Origin: Candidatus Nomurabacteria bacterium RIFOXYD2_FULL_35_12
Lineage (GTDB): Bacteria; Patescibacteriota; Minisyncoccia; Phycocordibacterales; UBA9973
Assembly: GCA_001786365.1 (NCBI GenBank)
Contig: MFWK01000022.1
Span: 15,087-79,086 of the forward strand
Direction of reading: 5' to 3'
Length of the DNA: 64,000 nucleotides
Under the pieces are notes generated by a model that searched no databases, was not told the origin of the DNA, and saw only the letters and a list, made by a program, of their open reading frames with translations. Below are positions 28,849 through 38,053 of this stretch, one piece after another; position 1 is the stretch's first letter, and every line of letters starts with the position of its first letter. The translations under genes and the position numbers were made by a program.

Positions 28849-30212
28849 TACCCAAAATAAACGTTTTTTATATTTACGAATTCCTTGATTCCATAAGTTC
28901 CGAGTTCACGGCCGTAGCCAGACTTTTTAATGCCTCCAAATGGCGCTCGCGGATCAGACTTAACCATATCATTCACACACACATTCCCCGCTTCAATTTG
29001 CGGAATAATTCGTTTTGCTTTTTTCATATCGGAAGTAAAAATAGACGCACCTAAGCCATATCTAGTGTCATTAGCTATTTGTATCGCCTCTTTTTCATTT
29101 TTAAAAGAAATAATCGGCATAACTGGACCAAAAACTTCCTCATCATAAACAGGCATACCCTTTTTCACATTCGTCATGACAACAGGCGAATAGAAATACC
29201 CTTTTTTATTTTTTTGAACGCCTTTATAAACAATTTTTGCTCCGAGGGATACTGATTTTTCTACTTGTTTTTCTACATCCAGTAAAATTTGTTCTGTTGC
29301 CAAAGGCCCTATGTCTATCTTTGAGTCACTAGGATCACCAATTGATAATTTTGAAAGTTCTTTTACTACATTTTTTATAAAAATATCTTTTATACTCTCC
29401 TCGACAATAAAACGTTTAGCAGAAATACAACTTTGCCCAACATTTCCTTGCAACCTTGCTGTGACAGCGATTTTCGCTGCTTCATCGATGTCCGCATCAG
29501 CAAAAACAATAAATGGATCACTACCACCGAGTTCAAGCACCACTTTTTTTATTTCCGCCCCAGCGACACTCGCAACCTCGCTTCCCGCTTTCTCACTGCC
29601 CGTCAAAGTAACTGCAGAAATTCTATTATCACGAATTAAATCAGCAACTCGAGACGACGAAAGAAATAAATTTTGGAATACGCCCTCGGGGAAACCACAA
29701 GCTCTAAATGATTCTTCTATTGCTTCCGCGCACTGTGGCACATTTGAAGCATGTTTAAGAAGCCCGACATTTCCTGCCATTAGTGCTGGTACAGCAAAAC
29801 GATAAACTTGCCAAAAAGGAAAATTCCAAGGCATTATTGCCAAAACTATTCCGAGCGGATCAAATTCCACATATTGTTCTTTCTTGCCCGTATCTAATTT
29901 TTCATTCTTTAAGATAATTTCCGCATTATCAGCATAATAATCACACAAAAGCCCGCATTTCTTTATGCCAAATGGACCAGACTTCATGGTCTTGCCCATT
30001 TCAAGCATTTGTAATTTTGAAAACTCTTCCGCATGGTTATTTAAATATTCTCCCAGCTTGTGCATTAAGGTAGCGCGCTCTTTAAAAGAAGTTCTCTTCC
30101 AAGACTCAAAAGCTTTCTTTGCTAGAGAAAGTTTCTTTTCTAATTCTTTTTCAGAAACTTCTTTAAAACTTTTTAAAACTTCTTCTGTTGCTGGATTTTT
30201 TGATTGAATCAT
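28848..30212 (-). CDS. NAD(P)-dependent aldehyde dehydrogenase (succinate-semialdehyde dehydrogenase-like)
   Basis: 454 aa. ELGGSDP, catalytic Cys context GQSCISAKRFIV, GxxxxG NAD site. Confidence 0.8.
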   Translation of the reverse strand: MIQSKNPATEEVLKSFKEVSEKELEKKLSLAKKAFESWKRTSFKERATLMHKLGEYLNNHAEEFSKLQMLEMGKTMKSGPFGIKKCGLLCDYYADNAEIILKNEKLDTGKKEQYVEFDPLGIVLAIMPWNFPFWQVYRFAVPALMAGNVGLLKHASNVPQCAEAIEESFRACGFPEGVFQNLFLSSSRVADLIRDNRISAVTLTGSEKAGSEVASVAGAEIKKVVLELGGSDPFIVFADADIDEAAKIAVTARLQGNVGQSCISAKRFIVEESIKDIFIKNVVKELSKLSIGDPSDSKIDIGPLATEQILLDVEKQVEKSVSLGAKIVYKGVQKNKKGYFYSPVVMTNVKKGMPVYDEEVFGPVMPIISFKNEKEAIQIANDTRYGLGASIFTSDMKKAKRIIPQIEAGNVCVNDMVKSDPRAPFGGIKKSGYGRELGTYGIKEFVNIKNVYFG

Positions 30213-31870
30213 ATGTTTTTTACAGTTCCTAAAACTTTATTTGCTTCATCATAATTTATCGGACAAGCAATAATATGCACACCCTTAGAATTAAACGCCT
30301 TTTTCAAAAGTAGAGCAAGGTCTTCTGTTTTTTCAACCTTGTGTCCTACTGCGCCAAAACTCTCTGCCAGCCTTATAAAATCAGGGTTATTAAAGGAAAG
30401 ACCAAATGAGGACAAGTTCATATTTTTCTGTTTCCATCGAATCATTCCGAAACCAGCATCATCCATCACAAGCACGACTAAATCCAGCTTTAAACGCACG
30501 GCTGTTTCTAATTCTCCGATACTCATCATCATTCCTCCATCGCCAGCTACAACTAAAACTTTTTCGTCTGGATGAAGAATTTTTAATGCAATACCGGAAG
30601 GCAAACCTGCACCCATAGTGGCAAGAGCATTATCTAAAAGAATACTATTTGTATTTTTTGTAATAAAGTTGCGAGCAACCCAGAGCTTATACATACCGTT
30701 ATCTAATGCGAGGATACTATCTTCAGGCATTATTTTATTTATATCAGAAACAATACGTTCTGGACGAAGTGGAAAATCAGATGATTGAGAAAATTTAGCT
30801 ATGTCTTTTTTGAGAACATCTCGCACTTTGAAAAAATAATTAAAATCCCAAGCAGGATTTCCGCCAGAGGCGGATCCGCCTTGGGCGGATATTTTTTTAG
30901 TAAAAGCCGAAAGAGTTTTGGAAATATCTCCAATAACTTCATGTGTTGGAACATAAACTTCCGGCACAACAGAAGAAAAATAATTTATATGGATAATTTT
31001 CTTCCCTGAATTTTTATCTAAAATAAATGGAGGCTTTTCTACAACATCATGACCGATTAAGATGATGGTGTCTGCATGATTTAATGCCTGATGCACATAG
31101 TCTCCTGATGACAGAGCAGTAGTGCCAATATATAATTTAGAATTCTCGTCAAACGACCCTTTCCCCATCTGAGTAGAAATGAAAGGTATGCCAGACTTTT
31201 CTATAAGCAATTTTAACTCTTTGCTGATAGATTTATTATTTGCGCCCCTGCCTAAAACAATAATGGGATGTTTTGATTTTTCTATTTCCAAAATAGCTTG
31301 ATTAATAATTTTTTCATCTGAAATAGGGTAATTTATTTTTTTAACAATTTTTATATCCGCATTACAAGATTCACTTGCTACATCTTCGGGTAATTCTAAA
31401 TGCACTGCGCCAGCGCGTTCCATCTCAGCTAGGCTTATAGCTTCAGCCACTAAACTAGACACATTTTTGCCGGATGTGATAGTTTTAGAAAATTTTGTAA
31501 TTGGCTTCATCATCGCTACGATATCAACAATTTGGAATTTTCCTTGTTTGTTATTTTTTATCGCTTTTTGGCCAGTAATAACCAAAAGAGGAAAACCACC
31601 CAACTGTGCATAAGCCACGCCTGTAAGCAGATTTGTGGCTCCAGGGCCGAGAGTAGACAATGCCACACCGACTTTGCCCGTCATTCTGCCAAATGTAGAG
31701 GCCATAAATACGGCGCCTTGCTCAATGCGAGTAGTGATAAAACTTATTTTAGATTTTCGAACGGCCTCTAAAAAAACTAAATTCTCCTCCCCTGGTACAC
31801 CAAAAATATGAAAAACTCCATTAGCTTCTAAACATTCCACCAACACTTCAGCTGTATTTTTCTTTTGCAT
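30209..31870 (-). CDS. Thiamine-diphosphate enzyme of the acetolactate synthase large-subunit family
   Basis: 553 aa. TPP-binding GDGGMMMSIGELETA and N-terminal pyrimidine-binding domain. Overlaps the aldehyde dehydrogenase by 4 nt (operon). Confidence 0.75.
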   Translation of the reverse strand: MQKKNTAEVLVECLEANGVFHIFGVPGEENLVFLEAVRKSKISFITTRIEQGAVFMASTFGRMTGKVGVALSTLGPGATNLLTGVAYAQLGGFPLLVITGQKAIKNNKQGKFQIVDIVAMMKPITKFSKTITSGKNVSSLVAEAISLAEMERAGAVHLELPEDVASESCNADIKIVKKINYPISDEKIINQAILEIEKSKHPIIVLGRGANNKSISKELKLLIEKSGIPFISTQMGKGSFDENSKLYIGTTALSSGDYVHQALNHADTIILIGHDVVEKPPFILDKNSGKKIIHINYFSSVVPEVYVPTHEVIGDISKTLSAFTKKISAQGGSASGGNPAWDFNYFFKVRDVLKKDIAKFSQSSDFPLRPERIVSDINKIMPEDSILALDNGMYKLWVARNFITKNTNSILLDNALATMGAGLPSGIALKILHPDEKVLVVAGDGGMMMSIGELETAVRLKLDLVVLVMDDAGFGMIRWKQKNMNLSSFGLSFNNPDFIRLAESFGAVGHKVEKTEDLALLLKKAFNSKGVHIIACPINYDEANKVLGTVKNI

Positions 31871-31874
31871 TTTT

Positions 31875-31946
31875 GCGGGCGATGAAGGAATCGAACCTTC
31901 GACTGTTCTTTTGGAGAGAATTATGATGCCACTTCACCAATCGCCC
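31875..31946 (-). tRNA. tRNA-Trp (anticodon CCA)
   Basis: Reverse complement GGGCGATTGGTGAAGTGGCATCATAATTCTCTCCAAAAGAACAGTCGAAGGTTCGATTCCTTCATCGCCCGCA. 7-bp acceptor, anticodon loop CTCCAAA, T-loop TTCGATT. Confidence 0.75.
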
Positions 31947-31986
31947 GTAACCTTATTTATACCTTAATTTTGGAAAAAGGGCAAAA

Positions 31987-32010
31987 GAAAACCCCTATTT
32001 AAGGGGTTTT
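31987..32010. terminator. Bidirectional hairpin AAAACCCCTATTTAAGGGGTTTT
   Basis: 5-bp G/C stem flanked by A- and T-runs, immediately 3' of rpmG. Confidence 0.55.
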
Positions 32011-32020
32011 CTGAGAAAAT

Positions 32021-32179
32021 CTATTTCTTTATCTCTTTATGCTTTGTCTGCTTTCGGCACCATTTGCAATACTTTTTGAGCTCGATCTTTTTAGTGACGA
32101 GTTTCTTGTTTTTACTGGACCAGTAATTTACGCGTTTGCAGGTTCCGCAGGCGAGTTTTATAAGTCTATCTTGTGACAT
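32021..32179 (-). CDS. rpmG: 50S ribosomal protein L33
   Basis: Not in the ORF track (52 aa). Translation MSQDRLIKLACGTCKRVNYWSSKNKKLVTKKIELKKYCKWCRKQTKHKEIKK carries the L33 CxxC...LELKKYCxxCRKHTxHKExK signature. Confidence 0.75.
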   Translation of the reverse strand: MSQDRLIKLACGTCKRVNYWSSKNKKLVTKKIELKKYCKWCRKQTKHKEIKK

Positions 32180-32204
32180 ATCTATATATTAGTATAAAAA
32201 ATCT

Positions 32205-32235
32205 TAAATTGCAACCCCGAAGCAGAGCCTAGGCT
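32205..32235. repeat. GC-rich palindromic element (family E; ends resemble family C)
   Basis: CCCCGAAGCAGAGCCTAGGCTCGCTACGGGG contains the perfect 12-bp palindrome GAGCCTAGGCTC, flanked by CCCCGAAGC/GCTACGGGG. It begins CCCCG and ends CGGGGCAGG like family C copies. Confidence 0.55.
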
Positions 32236-32256
32236 CGCTACGGGGCAGGCTCCCAT

Positions 32257-33405
32257 TTATGTGTAAAATCTTTTAATAAGAGGGTTAATTCGAGTAATAG
32301 TTTCATACCAAGATAAATCTAAAATATTACTAATCCCTTCCATAGAACAAGACGAATTGCTATCATTTCCAATAACTACAACTTCATCTCCTGCATATAG
32401 ATTTTTTACTTCACTTACATCAATACAAACCATATCCATAGAAACCCTACCGATGACTTTACATTCTTCCCCTTTGACAATCATCCTGCCGATTGAAGAA
32501 AGAGAGCGAGGATATCCATGCCAATACCCCACAGGCACGATAGCTATCAAGCCATCTTTGGCTAATGATTCTGTTAGATCATAGCCCATTCGATTACCCT
32601 TTGGTTGTTTTTTGATTTCAGTAATTAATGATTTCCAAGAAAGGATTGGCTTAAGTAAAATCTTGTCTTGCAAAGCAGCCTTAGTTTCTTTTGAAGGCCA
32701 TAAACCATAAAGTCCTATGCCTATGCGCACCATATCAAAATGAGAATTTGGGAAAAGTAATGCACCAGCTGTGGCTCCCGCATGAGCTATTGGTTTCAAA
32801 CCCTCTTGCTTAAAATCATGAATCCATAATTTGAAATCTTTTATCTGCCCTTCAGTATCTGCAGGAAAAGATGGATTTTTTGCAGAAGCAAAATGAGTAA
32901 ATAATCCTTCGACATAAATATTGTCATTTTTCTGTGAGCTCAAAATTTTTAACAATTTTTTACGGTCTTCCATTTGAAATCCTTGACGATGCATGCCTGT
33001 ATCAACCTTTATATGAATATTCAAAGGTTTAATAAAATGTTTTTGATTAGCAATTATGTATTCTAATGATTCAAAATTTGATACAGATAAAGAAATATTA
33101 TTACTGGTAGCTAAATTAACCATTTCTGGAAGCGTATAACCTAACACCAAAATAGGCGTTTTAATTCCTTCTTTCCTTAAAGCTAAACCTTCCACTATCG
33201 AATCTACACCCAAAAAATTAGCCCCTAAATTCTCCATTTCTCGCGCAAAATCAATAAGACTGTGGCCATAAGCATTAGATTTTATTACTGCCATGAGCTT
33301 AGTTTTTTTAGAAATCAAAGATCGAAAGACTGAAAAATTGTGAGCAACAGCTTTTCGGTCAATTTCAATCCAAGTCCTCAAGCCTTTTCTTTGTTCTTTA
33401 TTCAT
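32257..33405 (-). CDS. alr: Alanine racemase
   Basis: 382 aa. PLP-Lys motif AVIKSNAYGHS and a C-terminal beta domain. Confidence 0.85.
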   Translation of the reverse strand: MNKEQRKGLRTWIEIDRKAVAHNFSVFRSLISKKTKLMAVIKSNAYGHSLIDFAREMENLGANFLGVDSIVEGLALRKEGIKTPILVLGYTLPEMVNLATSNNISLSVSNFESLEYIIANQKHFIKPLNIHIKVDTGMHRQGFQMEDRKKLLKILSSQKNDNIYVEGLFTHFASAKNPSFPADTEGQIKDFKLWIHDFKQEGLKPIAHAGATAGALLFPNSHFDMVRIGIGLYGLWPSKETKAALQDKILLKPILSWKSLITEIKKQPKGNRMGYDLTESLAKDGLIAIVPVGYWHGYPRSLSSIGRMIVKGEECKVIGRVSMDMVCIDVSEVKNLYAGDEVVVIGNDSNSSCSMEGISNILDLSWYETITRINPLIKRFYT

Positions 33406-33408
33406 TCT

Positions 33409-34377
33409 TTATTTAACTGTAGTTTTTAATTTCTGTTCTCTTTCAAAACGAGCTATTGCAAAACTTATCAATTTGTCTAAAAGAATCGTCTGTGATATTC
33501 CGTCTGCCTCCCATAACTTTGGATACATGCTGATGTTTGTGAATCCAGGGATGGTATTTATCTCATTCGCTATCACTTCTCCATTTTCCTTCAAGAAAAA
33601 GTCAACTCGGCCCATTCCTTCGCAAGATAACACTTTAAATACTTTCACAGCCAACTCTTGGACTTTTTTAGAAGTTTCCTTGCTGATTTTTGCAGGAATA
33701 TTTATAACATATCCATCGTCTATATATTTTGCATCATATGAATAGAAATCTTGATTCGCAATAATTTCCCCCGGAGTTGAAGCAATAGGATTCTCATTAC
33801 CCATGACAGAACATTCTATTTCTCGCCCATCAATAAATTCTTCAATAACTATTTTACTATCAAACTTAAATGCTTCTGTGACAGCTTTTTTAAAATCTTT
33901 TTCATTTCGTACTTTACTGATTCCAACAGAAGAACCCATATTTGCCGGTTTGATGAATAATGGCAAACCCAATTTATTTTTAACTTCATTAAAATTTATT
34001 TTTTCATTATTCCTAATAGTTATAAATTTCCCTATCGGAATACCTGCATCTCGGAATAATCTTTTCATCACATCTTTGTCCATACCCACAGCCGAACCGA
34101 GCACACTCGGACCCACAAATGGAACACCAGCCAACTTGAGCAAACCTTGCATGCTACCATCTTCGCCAAAAGGTCCGTGCATTACCGGAAAAATCACATC
34201 AAATTTTTTAACTAAATTGAAATCAAAATTTCCATCCCGTCCTATTTTTATTGGAGTTATTTCATATTTCGTCTTATCTAGGGCATTTATTACATTTTTA
34301 GCGGACAACAAAGACACATCATGTTCTGCTGATTTGCCTCCAAAAAGCACCCCAATTTTTAATTTCTTCTTTGCCAT
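33409..34377 (-). CDS. ddl: D-alanine--D-alanine ligase
   Basis: 322 aa. ATP-grasp motifs IGVLFGGKSAEHDVSL, EEFIDGREIECSV. Confidence 0.85.
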   Translation of the reverse strand: MAKKKLKIGVLFGGKSAEHDVSLLSAKNVINALDKTKYEITPIKIGRDGNFDFNLVKKFDVIFPVMHGPFGEDGSMQGLLKLAGVPFVGPSVLGSAVGMDKDVMKRLFRDAGIPIGKFITIRNNEKINFNEVKNKLGLPLFIKPANMGSSVGISKVRNEKDFKKAVTEAFKFDSKIVIEEFIDGREIECSVMGNENPIASTPGEIIANQDFYSYDAKYIDDGYVINIPAKISKETSKKVQELAVKVFKVLSCEGMGRVDFFLKENGEVIANEINTIPGFTNISMYPKLWEADGISQTILLDKLISFAIARFEREQKLKTTVK

Positions 34378-34417
34378 AGGGTGTAGTATACAATAATTAT
34401 TTTAAAAATACACTTTT

Positions 34418-36169
34418 CTAATATACTTCTTTTTTGTAACAACTGTCACAGTAAATAATTTCTGGTCTGTCGGGAGCATAGGAAGTTTCAAATTCATTTT
34501 TGCATCCTTGGTTCATACACTTCCTGTGATAAAGTTTTGGTGGGTTTAATATTTCTATTCTTTCCATATGTCTACAATTTGGACAAAGTTTTGGTAATGG
34601 CACTTCTAATATTTTAGAAATGTTTAATTCATTTTGAATTATACGAAAAGCAGTGGTGCATTTATGATTACAATCACCATTATGTTCGCATTGTATTATT
34701 TCTTTTAAAATATTATCGTCAGCATTTTTTATTACTGGTAGTTTATCAAAAGTAATTGTCGGCTTATAATTTTTTACTTCAGGCTCTTTATACTTATATC
34801 CTTTTCTTAAAATTTCTTCTTTAGTTAATGGAAAATATTCTGAAACCACCGAATCATTATAAGCGAAAGGAATAATTTCAAATGGAAAAAATTCTCCATA
34901 TTTGTATATTCTCCCTTTTTTATCAATAAAAGGCATCTCTTCCATACTTTTTTTAATTTTAAGTACAAATTCATCATATTCTTCTTTACTATATTGTGTA
35001 TTTAAAATACAATATTGCTTTTTACGTAATCCAGCACAAGCAAAAAGATACTCAGAATTATAACAATCATCAGAATATTCAACATTGTGAGAATAATAAA
35101 CTCTGGTAGAAAATTTCACTCTATTATCTCCAAAACCGCTATGTACTTCACAGCATTCTGTTGACCCGAGGCCCACATGGTCAATATCAAAACAATCCTT
35201 TGAATTTGTCCCTGCACAGAAAAAAACGTAATTCATATTTTCACCATCGGGAACAAGAAAAGCATGATGACAGTCTTTGACATTCTCCAAATTATCACCA
35301 GTAGAATTAATTATATTTTTTATGTTTGCGTATTTTCTTGGAAAATTTAAAGAATGTTGCCAAAATTCTTTTTTCATTTTTTCCAGACTTTCTCGGTCTG
35401 ATAAATTCATTTCTTTTACTCTTCTTTCATACTCGTCTTTTGAATATTGTATATTAAAAATACAGTGAGTTTTACCAACTAAATTTGTACACCCAACACA
35501 ACTAGAGCAATTTCTGCAAGCATAAATAAACCATGAATCCATACAATTTTCCGAAAAATATCCATATTTTACTTTATAGCAATTTATTACCCGCAAAGAT
35601 TCATAACAAAGCTCATTATTATGAGAAAAATCTACATCCGAAGAACTTTTTAGATAAAAATTTTGAGCAGAATAATTTGAATCCTCATAATGATGCCCGC
35701 CAAAACAAAGATAAGAATTTTTTATATAAACAATTTGATTCGTGTATTCACTGTTTTCCGCAAAATCCTGATATAACGCACGCCTAGGAATTGATTTTAA
35801 AAGTTCTCCAAGTTGTTCAAAAAAGGATCGGAAAAAATCAATTTTTTTACCAAATTTAAATGGATCCCAATTATCTGAATTGTAACAATCAATACAGTAA
35901 ACTAGATATTTTTGCTCCGGATCATACATAGAAATCACGGATTTCTTACAAAGACCGCAATCCTGTTTATAGAGAGAACGTTCATTTCTAAAAAGCATTC
36001 TTCTCACCATCCGACACTCTGGGCACCAAGTAGGCGGAGGAACTTGGATTTTTTCGTAAAATTTGAAATCATCCGGAAAAATTGTAAATTCTTTTTTGCA
36101 GTTTTGACAATTTTTAGTTTCAACTTTCATAATTTTTTTTTCAAAAGGGCATCTCTTGGAACCATCCAA
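34418..36169 (-). CDS. Cys-rich multi-zinc-ribbon protein, paralog 2
   Basis: 583 aa and at least 45 Cys. N-terminal CQNCKKEFTIFPDDFKFYEKIQVPPPTWCPECR; internal tandem CxxCxxCxGC..L....YCIxNxQYSKxEY repeats; C-terminal CPNCRH...CMNQGCKNEFETSYAPDRPEIIYCDSCYKKEVY. Confidence 0.6.
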   Translation of the reverse strand: MDGSKRCPFEKKIMKVETKNCQNCKKEFTIFPDDFKFYEKIQVPPPTWCPECRMVRRMLFRNERSLYKQDCGLCKKSVISMYDPEQKYLVYCIDCYNSDNWDPFKFGKKIDFFRSFFEQLGELLKSIPRRALYQDFAENSEYTNQIVYIKNSYLCFGGHHYEDSNYSAQNFYLKSSSDVDFSHNNELCYESLRVINCYKVKYGYFSENCMDSWFIYACRNCSSCVGCTNLVGKTHCIFNIQYSKDEYERRVKEMNLSDRESLEKMKKEFWQHSLNFPRKYANIKNIINSTGDNLENVKDCHHAFLVPDGENMNYVFFCAGTNSKDCFDIDHVGLGSTECCEVHSGFGDNRVKFSTRVYYSHNVEYSDDCYNSEYLFACAGLRKKQYCILNTQYSKEEYDEFVLKIKKSMEEMPFIDKKGRIYKYGEFFPFEIIPFAYNDSVVSEYFPLTKEEILRKGYKYKEPEVKNYKPTITFDKLPVIKNADDNILKEIIQCEHNGDCNHKCTTAFRIIQNELNISKILEVPLPKLCPNCRHMERIEILNPPKLYHRKCMNQGCKNEFETSYAPDRPEIIYCDSCYKKEVY

Positions 36170-36186
36170 GGGATGCCCTTGGATTC

Positions 36187-37323
36187 TTAAAACAATTTAA
36201 CTATATCGTGATATGTGACAGCGAGCATCAAAATAATTAAAATACCAAAACCAATCATATTCGCAGTATTGGCAAATTTTGGATTTATGCGTGAACCTTT
36301 TATTTTTTCAATAAGTAAAAAGAAAAGTCGTCCACCGTCTAATGCTGGAAATGGCAATAAATTTATGATTGCGAGGTTCACAGAAATAAGCGCAGTAAAA
36401 GATAAAAGATAAACAAAACCGAATTGATAGGCATCACCCACGATGCCCACCATACCGACAGGTCCAGTAACTGATGAGAAGCTTCCTTTACCCTGTATAC
36501 CCTCTGCAATAAGCGTATAAAGCCCTAAAACAGTACCTTTAGTGATAAACCAAGTTAATGACATTCCCTCTTTTAAGGCTGAAAATAGGGGTAATTTGAC
36601 AGTTCCGATCATGTCCATAGATATGCCAATTTCTGGGATATTATTTGTTTTATTTATTACTGGAGTAACGACAGCTAAATTTATATTTTTGTCTTGTCCG
36701 CGTATGTATCCAACGGTTATTTCCCCGCCTGCAACGCTTTGCGTAGCATTGCGGGCAGGTTTTTTACTATGAGATAATATAAAAGATTTCAAAGTGTCAG
36801 GATTTATATCTGAAACAGAATCTTTACCACTTGCGAGTGAAATAATTTTATCACCAGACTTAAGTCCTGCTATTTGTGCTGGAGATTTCTCTAACACAGA
36901 AACAACTGTTAAATTTATATTACTCAATTTATAACCGGCAGACTCTCCACTCACAGAAGTTGGCAATCCAGACATAAAACCAATTGAAAATAAAAACCAT
37001 GCTAATAAAAGATTCGCAAAAACCCCGGCAAATAAAACTATGGCTTGTTGCCATTTTGGTTTATTAACAAAACTCCTACTCGCATCAGGTCCAAAAGTAT
37101 TTTCATCATCAGGATTCTCACCAAAAATTTTAACAAAACCACCGATAGGTAAAAGATTTAAACTATATTCAGTCTCTCCGTATTTCTTACCATAAATCTT
37201 TGGTGGAAAACCAAAACCAAATTCATCAACCCGAATACCAAACTTTTTTGCAGTAAAAAAATGCCCAAACTCATGGACCAGTACGAGGACGAGAAGTATT
37301 ATTATGAAAATTAATATATTCAA
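36187..37323 (-). CDS. rseP: RIP metalloprotease RseP (site-2 protease) with PDZ domain
   Basis: 378 aa. HEFGHFFTAKKFG (HExxH) and C-terminal LDGG. Contains the in-frame family C element (KPARNATQSVAGGE). Confidence 0.8.
   Translation of the reverse strand: MNILIFIIILLVLVLVHEFGHFFTAKKFGIRVDEFGFGFPPKIYGKKYGETEYSLNLLPIGGFVKIFGENPDDENTFGPDASRSFVNKPKWQQAIVLFAGVFANLLLAWFLFSIGFMSGLPTSVSGESAGYKLSNINLTVVSVLEKSPAQIAGLKSGDKIISLASGKDSVSDINPDTLKSFILSHSKKPARNATQSVAGGEITVGYIRGQDKNINLAVVTPVINKTNNIPEIGISMDMIGTVKLPLFSALKEGMSLTWFITKGTVLGLYTLIAEGIQGKGSFSSVTGPVGMVGIVGDAYQFGFVYLLSFTALISVNLAIINLLPFPALDGGRLFFLLIEKIKGSRINPKFANTANMIGFGILIILMLAVTYHDIVKLF
36723..36759. repeat. Family C GC-rich quasi-palindromic element, copy C1 (in-frame inside rseP)
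   Basis: CCCCGCCTGCAACGCTTTGCGTAGCATTGCGGGCAGG is near-identical to 54214..54250. It sits in a coding region at ~70% GC against ~30% surroundings. Confidence 0.7.
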
Positions 37324-37350
37324 TTCGTAATTCTTAATTCGTAATTAACT

Positions 37351-37902
37351 TTACCCCATTACTTCTTTCTGTTTTTTCTCAAAACTTGCTTCTAGGTTTC
37401 TATTTGCCTCATCAATGATTTTTTGTAGTTCGTCTTTTGCTCGGAATTTTTCATCTTCGGTCAATTTTCCTGCTTTTTCTTTCTCTTCCACATCTCTCCA
37501 AATACGTTCTCGTTCTCGACGAACTGTAATTCTTTGTTCCTCTAATTTTTCTTTTAAGACTTTTACGAGGTTTTGCCTCGTTTCTGTAGTTAACTGAGGA
37601 AAAATAACTCTGATACCTAAGTCATCAGTAGCCACAGAGAGACCCAAGTTTGCAGCCACTATCGCCTTTTCAATATCTTTTACCTGACTTTTGTCCCAAG
37701 GCGTGATACGCAGAGTCTTTGAATCTTCTATGTTAATATTTGCAACATTTTTAAGCGGAACTCGTGAGCCATATGACTCTACTGATACTCCGTCTAGAAC
37801 CATAGGCGACGCACGGCCTATATTTAACTGACCGTATTCTTTAGTCAAAAATTTCCCTACTTTTTTTAACTCTGTTTTAAATTGTGAAAAGTTGTATTGC
37901 AT
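37351..37902 (-). CDS. frr: Ribosome recycling factor
   Basis: 183 aa. ...LNIGRASPMVLDGV...; typical Frr length and charge pattern. Confidence 0.9.
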   Translation of the reverse strand: MQYNFSQFKTELKKVGKFLTKEYGQLNIGRASPMVLDGVSVESYGSRVPLKNVANINIEDSKTLRITPWDKSQVKDIEKAIVAANLGLSVATDDLGIRVIFPQLTTETRQNLVKVLKEKLEEQRITVRRERERIWRDVEEKEKAGKLTEDEKFRAKDELQKIIDEANRNLEASFEKKQKEVMG

Positions 37903-38020
37903 CCCGTTAGAGATAGAGAATCTTTAGATTCTCGTAATTTTATTTAATAATTCGACAAAACATACTATCATTATTATTTACATACCCGTTTGATTTTTTA
38001 ACAATATGATCTCTAACGGG
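37903..38020. repeat. Family A MITE-like element, copy A2 (TIRs CCCGTTAGAGAT / ATCTCTAACGGG)
   Basis: Perfect 12-bp terminal inverted repeats about 94 nt apart. The left end directly abuts the frr start codon (37902). Confidence 0.75.
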
Positions 38021-38053
38021 ATTGCATATTTCCATTGTAGCACTATTTTTCAT

